Positions 25,211 to 37,855 of a stretch of 64,000 bases of DNA are shown piece after piece. Positions within the stretch are counted from its first letter, which is position 1; every line of letters begins with the position of its first letter. The translations under genes were made by a program, and so were the position numbers. The DNA is from Octopus sinensis. Taxonomy: Eukaryota. The DNA lies in NCBI RefSeq assembly GCF_006345805.1, contig NC_043005.1, positions 107,942,001 to 108,006,000 of the forward strand, read 5' to 3'. The notes under the pieces were generated by a model. It was given only the letters and a program-made list of their open reading frames with translations, was not told the origin of the DNA and did not search any database.

Positions 25211-26180
25211 GTATATATAGTGGTACATATATAACTGGGGTTGATGTAATCGACTTAGCCCCTCACCTCCCAAAACTTGCTGGGCTTGTACCAAAATTTG
25301 AAGCCAGTATTCATACACATATATACGTGTGTATGCCTGTGTGTAAGTTTGCGCATGTGTGTCTAAGCCATACCAATGCTTGGCTTCTGTCAATTAGGTT
25401 TCAGCGATCAGGTGTTGCACAATATGATCCCATATTGCAAGTAGGATCAAATCAGGAAACATGTAATTGCGAAGTGAAATTCTTAACCACATGAACATTC
25501 CTTGTGACAAGATTCAAGCTTACCATAGCAACAGCTGTTTCAGCATTTCATCAGCCGAGACTTAGTAAAATTGAGCAACATTACGTCTTTATTACTTTTA
25601 CTGTATTTCTGTTCTTTTGTCAAACTTACGCTAAAAATATTTATGTTCAGAATACAGATATATCATTATGTACAACTTGTTGTTTAAGTACATAAATATC
25701 TTTGTTTAACTTAAGTTTCTTCATGAAATTTAAACATCTTAAGTGAAAATACTATTTTATCATTGACTAGTCTATTAACCAGTCTAATGTTAATAAACAC
25801 ACACACACACACACACAAAACTGCTTTTATAGATAACAAACCAAACTACATAAATCTTGCAAAATATGTTTTCCAAACAATAAATTCTCAAAATAAATTT
25901 TTCAAACAAAGCAATTAGTAAAAGCAACAAATTTAGGAGAAAAACAAAAGACACGACAAAAATAAAATGGCGCTCAGATAATGAATGTGCAATAAAAGTG
26001 TCATAATACATAGTTCCAAAGGAAAGGTAGTTTAGCATTTAATTCTGTGAATCAGTGATATGATATGACTGGTACTTACTGTTTAACTCTGGACTGATTG
26101 TAGGACTGGAAACTGGTGCATAAGATGTGAAGTAGGGTTGGTGAAGTGTAAAACTGGAAGTTGATTGTTTAACCCATTGG

Positions 26181-26592
26181 TAAGCTGGCAGAAACATTAG
26201 CACGCTGGGTGAAATGCTTAGCGGTATTTCATCTGCCATTACGTTCTGAGTCCAAATTCCGCCGAGGTCGCTTTTGCCTTTCATCTTTTCGGGGTCGATA
26301 AATTAAGTACCAGTTACGCACTGGGGTCAATATAATCGACTTAATCCGTTTGTCTGTCCTTGTTTGTCCTCTCTATGTTTAGCCCCTTGTGGGTAGTAAA
26401 GAAATAGGTATTTCGTCTGCCGTTACGTTCTGAGTTCAAATTCCGCTGAGGTCAACTTTGCCTTTCATCCTTTCGGGGTCGATAAATTAAATACCAGTGA
26501 CGCACTGGGGTCAATATAATCGACTTAATCCGTCTGTCTGTCCTTGTTTGTCTCCTCTGTGTTTAGCCCCTTGTGGGTAGTAAAGAAATAGG
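26181..26592 (+). mobile_element. SINE family B, tandem dimer
   Basis: Two consecutive copies of GGTATTTC.TCTGCC.TTACGTTCTGAG...GTGGGTAGTAAAGAAATAG. Confidence 0.85.
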
Positions 26593-27251
26593 TATTCAGA
26601 TTCTTCTAATACCAAACGTGATGCTTTTAATTCACTTTGTATTGAATTAATTATGCTTTATCTCAGAGCTGTGAGATTTCTGTGATGTGACTCTTTGCTT
26701 TGGGAATGATATTGTGGAGTCGGTTGAAGAGACTGGATCTAGCTGGTTTTGAAACAAAAGGGGGTAAAATATTTGGGCCGGACATGGCCGATTTGAATGC
26801 TAATGTGTTAATCAGTTACTGTATAATCTTCCTTGTACTCCTCTTCTTCCTCCCTATCCTCCTCCTCCTCCTTATTATCGTCTTCATCATCATCGTCATC
26901 ATCATCTTCTTCTTCTTCTTTTTCTTCTTCTTCTTCTTCTTCTTCTTCATCATCATCATCATCATCATTGGTAGCGGCAGCAGCAACGACAACAACAACA
27001 ACAGATTGAGGCTGCTTATCATCATCATCAAATCAACATAACGTATTATTATCATCACCATCATCATCATTATTATTGTCGATCAATTACATTTTTTACT
27101 GCCGTCATCATTAATACATTCCATATGATTCACTTACCATGTCTGCATTAGTGAAACAAAATTTCACAAGCATTATTTTGACCTTGGCCACAAACAATAT
27201 TTCCTGATGTGAGGACAACATTATAAAGAACATATATATATATATATATAC

Positions 27252-27283
<32 letters not shown>

Positions 27284-27284
<1 letters not shown>

Positions 27285-27512
27285 GAGGTGTGTGGCTTAG
27301 TGGTTAGGGTGTCAGCATCATGATCGTAAGATTGTGGTTTCGATTCCTGGAACAGGCAACGTGTTGTGTTCTTGAGCAAAACACTTCATTTCACGCTGCT
27401 CCAGTCCACTCAGCTGGCAAAAATGAATAATGCTGCGATGGACTGGTGCCCCGTCCAGCTGGGGAACACATACGCCATAGACACTGGGAAACTGGGCCCA
27501 TGAGCTGGCTAG
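27284..27512 (+). mobile_element. tRNA-derived SINE (family C-related)
   Basis: A-box TGGCTTAGTGG, B-box GGTTTCGATTCC, body TTGAGCAAAACACTTCATTTCAC shared with 41693. Confidence 0.8.
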
Positions 27513-27546
27513 GCTTTAAAAGGGTGCATTTATGTTAAATATATAT

Positions 27547-27690
27547 ATACAAAATTTAGAGGACTGACCACTAGTGGTCAGTCCTCTAAATTTTGTATGT
27601 AAAACAATTTTTAATCTTCAGATTTTTTTTAAATATGCTAAACCACCGGTTTCAATTGATTAATATCAATTTCTACCCTTATTTAATTCT
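27547..27690. mobile_element. Palindromic repeat family P, 'empty' form: 52-bp perfect palindrome plus tail
   Basis: ATACAAAATTTAGAGGACTGACCACT|AGTGGTCAGTCCTCTAAATTTTGTAT (27547-27598); tail shared with 54400-54490. Confidence 0.8.
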
Positions 27691-27692
27691 AA

Positions 27693-27746
<54 letters not shown>

Positions 27747-28515
27747 TATATGTAATTATGTGGGCATACATATATATGTATATATATAATATGTGTGCAT
27801 ACATATATCTGTATAATGATATATGCAAACATATATTCATACATATACAAGGGGGAAAATATTACCATACTGGAAAACAGGTGAGGGTTAGTAGCAGGAA
27901 AGGCATCCAGCCATAGGAAATTTGCCTGAACAAATTTCAATCCACCCACACGAACATTGAAAAGATGACAACGACGATGACGGCGATGATGAGGATGATG
28001 ATGATGATGATGATTTGTTAACAGCAGCAATAACACAAAGAACCCCAGGAACAACAGCAACAACTACTACTACTACTACTACCACCACCACCACCACCAC
28101 CACTACTACTACTACTACTATGTGCTACTACAATTTATATGAAGGAATCACTTCACAGTTATCCAACCTACAAGAAACAGTTGCCAAATTTTTTCCCAAA
28201 TACCACCACTTGGTTTTAGAATGAAGACCACCTCATCTTGTTGTGGTCCAGATGTACAAAAAGGCAGTTTGGTCACAGTTGGATTGCTTTTGCTCATAGT
28301 TCTATGTGATCATAGCAGACCTATGTCTTCTTTATTGTTACTGCTACTGTGGTTGTTGCTTGACCCGGGGTTAAACAACAACAGAATGCATGACAAGAAT
28401 GCACACAAATACTACTCCCCCTCTTTCCCACCTTGTTGTTGATTGTCACTACAATAACAACAACAACAACAATCACAAGAAGGCCCTCTATCAGCAGGAG
28501 CAAGAGAGAAGCGAG

Positions 28516-28546
<31 letters not shown>

Positions 28547-29138
28547 ACCAAAAATATAAATAAGGATACCAAAGGTGGCAACAACAACAAAAAACACCTG
28601 CAACAACAATATAAAGAAACACCAACAAAAAGTACAACAGCAAAAACAGCAACAACAACAACAACAACAACAGAATAATGGCAACAACAATAAAAAGTGA
28701 AGATACAAGCAAGAATAGCAACAACAACAATAATAATGTCAGCAATAATAATAGCAACAAAAACTATGACAAACAATAAAGAAAGCAACATTGCTAACGT
28801 CAACATCAACAACAACAACAATTGCGTTAATATGGCGAAAACTTCTTTCACCAAACCATATTTCACTGCTTTTTCTTTTTCTTTTTGAATTCTTCGAAGA
28901 AGTACTGTGCATACACACACACACACGCACACGCACACACATGCACACACACCTGTCCACATGCATAAGTATGAATGTGTGTGTGTACACACACACACAC
29001 ACACATATATATATGCACACACATGCATATATATATATATATAAATACATATATATATGTACAAGTATACATATATATAGATACAGTGTAAAAGGGATAA
29101 ATTATACATGCATACATATATATACATACATATATATG

Positions 29139-29174
<36 letters not shown>

Positions 29175-29213
29175 CATACATACATACATACATATGTGTA
29201 CACACACACATAC

Positions 29214-29274
<61 letters not shown>

Positions 29275-29358
29275 AGTATACATATATATAGACAGAGTGT
29301 AAAAGGGCTAAATTATACATACATGCATATATATACATACATATGCTTATATATATAT

Positions 29359-29391
<33 letters not shown>

Positions 29392-29897
29392 CATGTATAT
29401 ATATATGTACACACACATACACACATATTCATATATATATCTGTGTGTATATATATATATAGGCATAATTATATGTATGTACATTTATTTATATATTATG
29501 CAAACATTTGTGCTCACACACTTGTAAAGACACACACAGACACCTTGTCATGTTACACAAACAAATTGTGTGTTCCTATGTATGTTCCTGTATGTAACTA
29601 TTTGTTACTACGTGTACGCATGTTTACTTATTCGGGATGTGTGATGGGTAACTTAGGGTTGCAAGCATCAGTGTAAGAGAGATAGGAGAGACCGAGAGAG
29701 AGAGAGAGAGTGAGAGAGAGTACAATAGGTAGAAAGAGAGAGAGTGAAAGAGCGAAAAAGGGTGGGTAGAGAAACAGAGAGCTGGAGTGTGAGAGAGCGA
29801 GAGAGAGGGTGGGTGGGTGTGTGGTGTGTGTTGGTTGTTATTTATTCGTTATGATTAAGGTGTTGGGCTGTGATGATGACTTCATAAGAACATATAA

Positions 29898-30042
29898 CGT
29901 CGATGGTCCAATATAAGGAAATATCTGGAGAAAGTCTTTGACCAAATTATCCATGCTTCATGCAACCGAATCAAAGAAATGGGCGGACACCTAGATTACT
30001 TGCTAAAATATCTCGCTACACAAGGTGGAAAGATTTGGAGAG
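29898..30042 (+). CDS. Candidate coding segment or first exon (IRKYLEKVFDQIIHASCNRIKEMGGHLDYLLKYLATQGGKIWR)
   Basis: CpG-retaining unique sequence, 48 open codons ending at donor GAG|GTGGGT; no good in-frame acceptor. Confidence 0.22.
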
Positions 30043-30044
30043 GT

Positions 30045-31000
30045 GGGTGGTGAGGTGTGGTGGTGAGGTGTGGTGGTGAGGTGTGGTGGTGAGGTGTGGT
30101 GGTGAGGTGAGGCTTTTTTTGGTTTTTTCTTATTTTTTTTTAATTTGTGTTTGTGTTGGTGTTGATGTTGTTTTTGTTGTTATTGTTATTGGTACTGGTG
30201 TTTTGTGGTAGCAGTGGTTGTAGTGGTGATAGCAGTTGTGGTGGTGGTTTTGGTGGTTTTGGTGGTGGCGTGAATGGTGGTCGTAGTTGAGGTAGTGGTG
30301 GTTGTAGTGGTAGTGGTAGTGCTTGTGGTTGTGGTGGTTGTGGTGGTTGTGACGGTAGAAGTTGTGGTGTTGGTGATTGTGGTTGTAGTGGTGGAGGTAG
30401 GGTGATGGTGGGGGTGGCTGTGGTTGTGGTGGTTGTGGTGGTAGCGGTTGTGGTGGTTGGGGTGGCAGTGGTTGTTGTGTGTGCGTTTGGTGGTGGGTTT
30501 GGTGGTGGTGTGTCTGGTGATCATAGTTGTGGTTGTGGTGGTAGCAGTTGTAGTGGTAGCGATGGTGGTGGTCGTTGTAGTTGTGGTGGTGGTGTGGTTG
30601 TGTTGGTAGCAGTTGTAATGGTAGCAGTGGTTGTGGTGGTGGTGGTTGTGGTGGTGGTGTATATGGTGGTGGTTTTGGTGGTAGCAGTTGTGGTGGTAGT
30701 GTTGGCTTTGGTGGTAGTGGTGGTGGTGGTGAATGCTGTTGTTGTGGTAGTAGTGGATGGGTGTTTACGTTGATGTTGTCACTGTTATTATTGTAGGCGA
30801 GTTGCAGTTGCTGTTGTTTGTGGTGTTGGTAGAGTGTTTTGTTGTTGTTCTTGTTGGTGTTGTTGTTAATGTTGATATTGACAGTGTTGTCTGTGGTGGT
30901 GTTGGTGATGTTGGCGATGTTGATGGCTGTGTTGGTATTGGTCTTTGTGATGGTAATGCTGCTACTGTTGCTGTTGCTGCTGCTGTTGCTGTTGAGCGAA
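30045..31000. repeat. G/T-rich compound microsatellite ((GGT)n, (GTT)n) preceded by a 13-bp TGAGGTGTGGTGG repeat (~4.7 units, 30051-30112)
   Basis: Directly visible. Confidence 0.9.
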
Positions 31001-31016
31001 GCGGTCTTCATCCCAG

Positions 31017-31358
31017 AGCTCGCAGTGGGAGAAGTCCGAATCGTGGTCCTTTGCTATTCGTAAGTCCCGCAGAAGAGAAAGCAGGTCAATACCCGACACC
31101 GAGAGCATCGATGGATGGATGAATGTGCATCCAGGCTCAGCAGTTGTGTAGGAAGTCGGGGTCAAGAAACAGGAAGAAAGAGTGAGAGAAAGTTGGAGTG
31201 AAAGAGTACAAGAGGGGTCCCCACCACCCTCTGTTGGAGCCTCGTGGAGCTTTAGGTGTTTTTGCTCAATAATCACACACAACGCCTGGTCTGGGAATCG
31301 AAACTTCGATCCTCCGATCGCAAGTCTGCTGCCCTAACCATTGAGCCATTGCACCTCC
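31017..31358 (-). mobile_element. tRNA-derived SINE family C
   Basis: Minus-strand head TGGAGGTGCAATGGCTCAATGGTTAGGGCAGC...GTTTCGATTCC; body shared with 48958-49350 and 61925-62223. Confidence 0.8.
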
Positions 31359-31660
31359 AGGATGCTACTGCTGCTGCTGTTAAAGGTGGTGTGTATTGCT
31401 GGTTGTGCTGTTGTTGGCGTTGGCATTGCTGTCAGTGGTATTGTAGTCGGTGACAATGTTTCTGCCGTTGGTCCTTGTAGTGGAATTACTACTAGTGTCA
31501 TCTTCTTTTCTTTCATTTGCTGGGTCTGAAGGAAGAGGCATTGCCCATAGCCTCTACAAGCCCTTCTATACCACTGAGATTAGTGTTCCAGGAAGGATGT
31601 TTTAAGCTATTGATTAGTGGTGGGCATGATAGGTTTGGACAACAAGAGTGATGAGAGAAG

Positions 31661-31670
31661 TCATCATCAC

Positions 31671-31707
<37 letters not shown>

Positions 31708-31914
31708 GTTTAACGTCCACTTTCCATGCTAGCATGGGTTGGACGATTTTGATGGAGGGCTGGCGAACCAGATGGTTGCACCAGGCTCCAATCTTGATCT
31801 GGCAGAGTTTCTACAGCTGGATGCCCTTCCTAACGCCAACCACTCCGAGAGTGTAGTGGGTGCTTTTTATGTGCCACCAGCATGGGGGCCAGTCAGGCAG
31901 TACTGGCAGCGACC
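31661..31914 (-). mobile_element. RTE LINE 3' tail
   Basis: Same tail consensus with (GAT)n. Confidence 0.85.
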
Positions 31915-32344
31915 AGAATACTTATGTACTGTTTCATTTATAGATATTGCTACTGTCAATGTCTGTATTGTTTTTCATCCCCAGGTAAGTCCTGACCCTG
32001 AGAATCCCTTTCCCAATGTATTCCAGCAATGATCATCCTGTCTTCATAGAAGGTACCCAGAATAACATTATTGAATGCGTCCTGTTCTTATTTAGGATAT
32101 TAGGATATTAAGTGAGATCAAGCAGCTATTTTGAGTGGGGTGGTTACCCATGTCATGCAGTAAAGTTTAGTAAAAAAATTACTGAAGCATCACATACTGC
32201 CGTATTGCACAATGCAGTCTGATCACAATGTGGTTTAGTACCACAATCTGTACAGAGCAGTTTTCTTGCTTGCAATGTCAGGAGCTTCACTAAAGTACTA
32301 CATATTGATATGCTACACAGTTTGGTGAAACCATATTACGATAT

Positions 32345-32837
32345 ACTACAGTTCTCTATAGGACACATTGAAACTCCAACGTCTGGCAGCTGACTTCCCT
32401 TGGCATGGATACATTGAAACTCCGACATCTGGCAGATGACTTGGCAGACACCCGTAAAATTATTAACCATCTTACAAACAATAACTCTGAGCACCTTTTC
32501 AAACTCCACCTGTCTAACACTCGTGGACATGTTTACAAAGTCAGAAAACAGCACAGCTCCCATGACATTCAGAAACACTTTTTTACGCTGAGAGTTGCTG
32601 AAGCATGGAACAGACTGCCTGCATCAGTTGTTAGTTGTCGGAGCACTGCATCCTTCAAAACTTCCATGCTTCCTGAGATTCGTCAACACTACACCTGATT
32701 TTCTCCCCTCCATACACACACAAGCATGTATCTGACTCATACACTGTTCGCTTTCCAGACATTTGTACATTACTGCATATACTCTATACACACTTTCTGA
32801 CAAGTTGTGGTGCACCTGAGCACTGTATACAATAATT

Positions 32838-32886
<49 letters not shown>
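32345..32886 (+). mobile_element. CR1/L2-type LINE 3' fragment with (ATT)n tail
   Basis: ORF 32405-32698 ends NTRGHVYKVRKQHSS...KHFFTLRVAEAWNRLPASVV, the typical CR1-group ORF2 C-terminus. Confidence 0.85.
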
Positions 32887-32891
<5 letters not shown>

Positions 32892-33149
32892 ATGCTTGTT
32901 TTTTTGTCAGTCTCAAAATGACCCTAACAGAGCAGGCAATCCACTTATAAATAAAGTCTCTACTGAAACAGTATAAGATTTATCTGAAGCTGTAAAATTG
33001 TATATACTGCCAAATGTATCATTTGTATCTTTTTTTTCTATATTCCTCTATGAGCACAACCACCACCCAAAAAAAAAAGCAAGGAAATGATTTTAAATAA
33101 ATTTTGACCCTAAATGGAACCTTCCTTTTGAGATTGTGTATGTTTCATA

Positions 33150-33430
33150 TTATTTAAATAACTTATTGTAATATCTTAGTAGTTCCATATAACTATTTAT
33201 AATATCCTTCTGCGGTGTCCATTTTTTGATATCTTATTTCAATATCTTACTGATGTAGCATTAAAATATCTTATTGTAAATCCTATTGTAACAGTCTATT
33301 GTAGTATGCTCTTATAATATTCTCCTGTAATATCATATTGCAAAGTCCTATAATTTCCTATTGTATTATCCTGCAGTAGTGTCTTATAAGAATATCCTAT
33401 TGCAATGTCCTATTTTAATATCTTATAGCC
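33150..33430. repeat. Cryptic degenerate minisatellite (AATATC(T/C)TATTG-like units)
   Basis: Recurrent ATATCTTATTG / ATCCTATTG / GTCCTAT motifs. Confidence 0.55.
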
Positions 33431-33690
33431 ATATCTTCAGCTCTAAGTATGTTACTTTGTGTCATGACCTGTTGTTCAACCTAACCAATGGGGTCTTTAC
33501 TATACTAATGTGTCGTCTTCTTTCTCTGTTAAGTGGCAAAGAGGCAGAGTTGTTAAAGCATCAGTTAGAAAGCCTTGAAGGATCTCTCTCTAATTTCTAA
33601 TCTCTAAGATCAAATTCTGTAGAAGTCAACTTCACTTTTCATCCTTGCAAAGCACCAATCAGGAACTGCTATTGATTCTCCTCTCTTTGA

Positions 33691-34043
33691 GGGCGGTGAG
33701 CTGGCAGAGAGGTTAGCACGCCGGGCAAAATGTTAAGCGGTATTTCATCTGTCATTACGTTCCGAGTTCAAATTCCGCCGAGGTCGACTTTGCCTTTCAT
33801 CTTTGCAGGGTCTATTAAATAAGTACCAGTTACGCACTGGGGTCGATGTAATGACTTAATCCTCTCCCCCAAGCTGCCCTTGTGGTAAAATTCGAATTCA
33901 TTATTGTAGTTGTTGTTTACCATTCCTGGCATAGATAAATAAAGTACCAGTTACACACTGGGGTTGATGTAATCGACTTAATCCCTTTGTCTGTCCTTGT
34001 TTGTCCCCTCTGTGTGTAGCCCCTTGTGGGCAGTGAAGAAATA
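33691..34043 (+). mobile_element. SINE family B (with internal partial duplication)
   Basis: GGCGGTGAGCTGGCAGA...CCCCTTGTGGGCAGTGAAGAAATA. Confidence 0.85.
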
Positions 34044-34488
34044 TACTAATTCTCCTCTCTCTCTCTCTCTCTCTGTTATGTTGTGCTGTGAGAATGATTA
34101 TGGGAGACTACTGATGTAACTCTTTTCTTTAGAGATAGATAGATATTGAGCAAGAGAGCTGACAGCTGCTTAGAAAACAAAGATGGTTATGCTACTGAAG
34201 TCATCTTACGAACAACAAAGAAATAAGGAAAACTGTGAGAGGGCACAAAATTCTTACTGTTGAAGATCTGCTGACTTGAACTGTTGTTATTTAGACCAGT
34301 TAAGCAATGAAAATGTAAGCATATAATCAAAATATCTAAGCTTAGATTATTTTGCCCTCATACCACGACAACTGTGTATCGTCCAATATGCTTCTCTTTC
34401 TCTTTCAAGATTGTAAGAGTGATTACAGTCTTAGGGGAAATTTAGCTACTATTCATTGAAAGTCAGATGGCTAATACTTATTTCTTTA

Positions 34489-34710
34489 CTACCCAGAAGG
34501 GGCTAAACACAGAGAGGACAAACAAGGATAGACAAATGGATTAAGTCGATTACATCGACCCCAGTGCGTCACTGATACTTAATTTATCGACCCCGAAATG
34601 ATGAAAGTTAAAGTTGATCTTGGTGGAATTTGAACTCAGAACATAACGGCAGACAAAATACCACTAAGCATTTCACCCGGTGTGCTAACGTTTCTGCCAG
34701 CTCACTGCCT
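34489..34710 (-). mobile_element. SINE family B
   Basis: Reverse complement of the family B consensus. Confidence 0.85.
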
Positions 34711-34991
34711 TTCAGATGGCTAATATCTTGGGGCTTTTGTTGGCTTATTATTACTATTATTGTAGTTGTTGTTTACTACGTTCTGAGTTCAAATTTCACC
34801 AAGGTCGACTTTGCCTTTCATCTTTGCAGGGTCTATTAAATAAGTACCAGTTATTACCTTGTGGTAAAATTTGGAATCATTATTGTAGTTGTTGTTATTT
34901 ACCATTCCTGGCATAGCTGATATTGCTGTTGCTGTTGTTACTGTTATTGATATTATTGTGGCAGAAATCAAGGTGGCAGAAACGCTAGCCC

Positions 34992-35418
34992 CAGGGCCGG
35001 ATTAATGACCGTTGAGGCCCTAAGCACTTAAAAGATTTTAGTACCCCTATAACAGATTTTTCCATTCAAAATATAAACAATAACAAACCATGAAATAAAC
35101 TTTTATTTTTCAAAACGAAATAAAGCAGTAAGAGGAAATATAATGTTTATTTTTGTATTTTTTCCACTTTATTTATATTTCAGAAGTTTTCTCCTACTTT
35201 TTGACTTACAAAGTCTTTGATTAGATCCTCAGAATTAATCACTGGTAACACATCTGCATCTATACTTAATAGAGATAAAGGCATCTCAAGTATTATTTTA
35301 GCAAGTTTAAAGGGATTTCTTTTGTGCAGTAAATCCTTTACCATTTCTGTGGTGCCCCCTTCCTTCCCTTAATGTCCTAAGCCCATGCGTATTTTGCTTA
35401 AGGGTTAATCCAGTGCTG
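34992..35418. mobile_element. hAT-like MITE nested in a family B SINE
   Basis: TIRs CAGGGCCGGATTAA / TTAATCCAGTGCTG; 8-bp TSD GCTAGCCC vs GTTAGCAC (6/8). The target GTTAGCAC is part of the SINE consensus. Confidence 0.75.
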
Positions 35419-36415
35419 GTTAGCACACCAGACAAAATGCTGCTAAGCCCTTCATCCATCTTTAAGTTTTGAGTTCAAATACCATCAAGGTTGATTTTGT
35501 TTTCCATCCTTCTGGGGTTGATAAAATAAGTACCAGTTGCATACCGAGGCCGATAGTGTCAGCTGGCCCCTTCTGCCAAAATTTCAGACCTGGTGCCTAT
35601 GGTAGAAAGGATATTACTGAATCAGGTGTTGTTGCTGATTTCACCATGGTGGTTGATCTTGTTTTGGCTCTTCTTCATCTTCATCATCCTCATGCTCTTC
35701 ATTTCATTCTTCAAGTTCTTCTTCTTCTTTTTCTTCTTCTTCTTCTTCTTCTTCTTCTTCTTCTTCTTCTTTTTCTTCTTCTTTTTCTTCTTCTCCTTCT
35801 TCTCCTCCTTCTCCTCCTCCTCCTTCTCCTCCTTCCCCTCTTCCTCTTACACCTCCTTCTTCATATCCCTGTTATTCTCAGTTTTGTTGTTATTCCCTGC
35901 TCTGATTACACTGGGCCTTTCCTTGTTGTTCTTACTGTTGATGTCACTGTGATTGTTATTGTTGTTGTTGTTGTTGCTGTTGATATCACTGTGGCTTTTA
36001 TTATTGTTGTTGCTATTGTTACTGTTTTTCTTCGCTGTTGTTATTGCTGCTGCCACTACTGCTACTGCTGCTACTGTTGCTGTTGCCACTTTGGTTCCAA
36101 GCTATTATTCCAGTCAGTTGGCCATTCTAATCTAAGTCTATTACCATATATCACACAAGACTTAATATATTAGGTAAAACCAGCCAACATTTCCTGAGAA
36201 ACCTGATTAATAACCAGCCAACGTTAAAGACACTCTTTGAAATAGTCAACAACTCAACCAACATGGAACTGATTATCAAGGAATTTACTTTAAACTTTTC
36301 ACATTTTCAATATCATTTTGTTATTATTATTATTATTATTGTTATTATCATTATTCATTTTTATCTAATATGGTCTCATTTTCTTCCTTTATTGCCTTTG
36401 ATTCCACATACTTCA

Positions 36416-36515
36416 NNNNNNNNNNNNNNNNNNNNNNNNNNNNNNNNNNNNNNNNNNNNNNNNNNNNNNNNNNNNNNNNNNNNNNNNNNNNNNNNNNNNN
36501 NNNNNNNNNNNNNNN
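36416..36515. other. Assembly gap (100 N)
   Basis: Run of N. Confidence 1.
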
Positions 36516-36732
36516 TATCTAATTAATGACTTGAGTTTCACACCACTCATCCATCTGATGAACATAGTAGCATGAAACTCACTCTGCAAAAACAAACACT
36601 CAGCTTCACTTTATAGGTATATATATAAATATATATATATATTCATATATTGTTTTTATTTCATCATCTAGCTTCAGCTCACGAGCTGTGGCCATGCTAG
36701 GGCACCGCCATTAGAAAGATATCGTGCATCGA

Positions 36733-36764
<32 letters not shown>

Positions 36765-36956
36765 CACAAACATATATATATATATATACATATATACACA
36801 CACACATGCATATATATATATGTATTTATTCATAGGTATGTATATATATATGTTTGTGTGTGTGTATATATATATATGTATACACTCACAAACATATATA
36901 TAATAAAACACACACATACATATATATATATATTTATATATAGGTATGTATGTATG

Positions 36957-36998
<42 letters not shown>

Positions 36999-37049
36999 AA
37001 TATATATACATAAAACTATATATATGTCTATGTATATATATGTATATGT

Positions 37050-37331
37050 ATTTGTTCATTTGTGTCCCCCATGGCTTGGCAGTTCAGTGAAGAAAACCAT
37101 TAGGTGAAGTACTAGGCTTACAAAGAATCAGTCCTGAGGTCGATTTGCTCGACTAAAGGTGATGCCCCAGCATGGCTACAGTAAAATGACAGAAACAAGT
37201 AAAAGAATAAAAGAATAAAAGAAGGACTATATATATATCTATGCCAACTTATGGCTGGTATCAGGTGCAGAAGCAAAGTAATTTGCAATTAAAACCTGTA
37301 TTTCCCCCATCTTCGTGTTATTTACATATAC

Positions 37332-37370
<39 letters not shown>

Positions 37371-37387
37371 GATGGATATATATATAT

Positions 37388-37423
<36 letters not shown>

Positions 37424-37775
37424 AAGTGACGACAAAGGAATGAGACCTCGATATTAGGTAAATAGTTGGTTATTTATATATGCATAGTTTATGATAATCA
37501 GTAAGTTGACATATATATATCTGTGTGTGAGTGTATATATACATATATATGTGCATGTGTATATATATATTATTTTATTCTTTTTTTGTTTGTCATTTCG
37601 CTCTGGCCATGCTGGAGTACCACCTTTAGTTGAACAAATCAACACCAGGCCTTGTTTTTTTTTAAGCCTAGTACTTATTCTATCAGTCTCTTTTTGCCAA
37701 AACACTAAGTTACATGGATGTAGACACAATATCATCAGTTGTCAAGCAATGGTGGGGGACAAAGACACGCAAACA
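37050..37775. mobile_element. Two SINE family A 3' fragments in opposite orientation (37050-37222 plus; 37590-37775 minus)
   Basis: Matches to the family A tail. Confidence 0.75.
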
Positions 37776-37778
37776 TAT

Positions 37779-37839
<61 letters not shown>

Positions 37840-37855
37840 TTTATATATATCATCA

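Noticed and set aside
27284-27360. tRNA genes at SINE heads (also 49270-49350 and 62150-62223)
   Set aside because: A/B boxes are present but run directly into SINE bodies with no complete cloverleaf; these are tRNA-derived SINEs.
30130-31011. 293-aa Pro/His/Thr/Asn-rich ORF (extensin- or mucin-like)
   Set aside because: The minus strand of a (GGT)/(GTT) microsatellite is T-poor, so stops are rare; several overlapping frames are equally open.
35469-36173. 234-aa poly-Leu/Phe 'membrane protein' ORF, and similar ORFs at 28321-29127 and 57213-58250
   Set aside because: Derived from (CTT)n, (GTT)n and GA/CT repeats.
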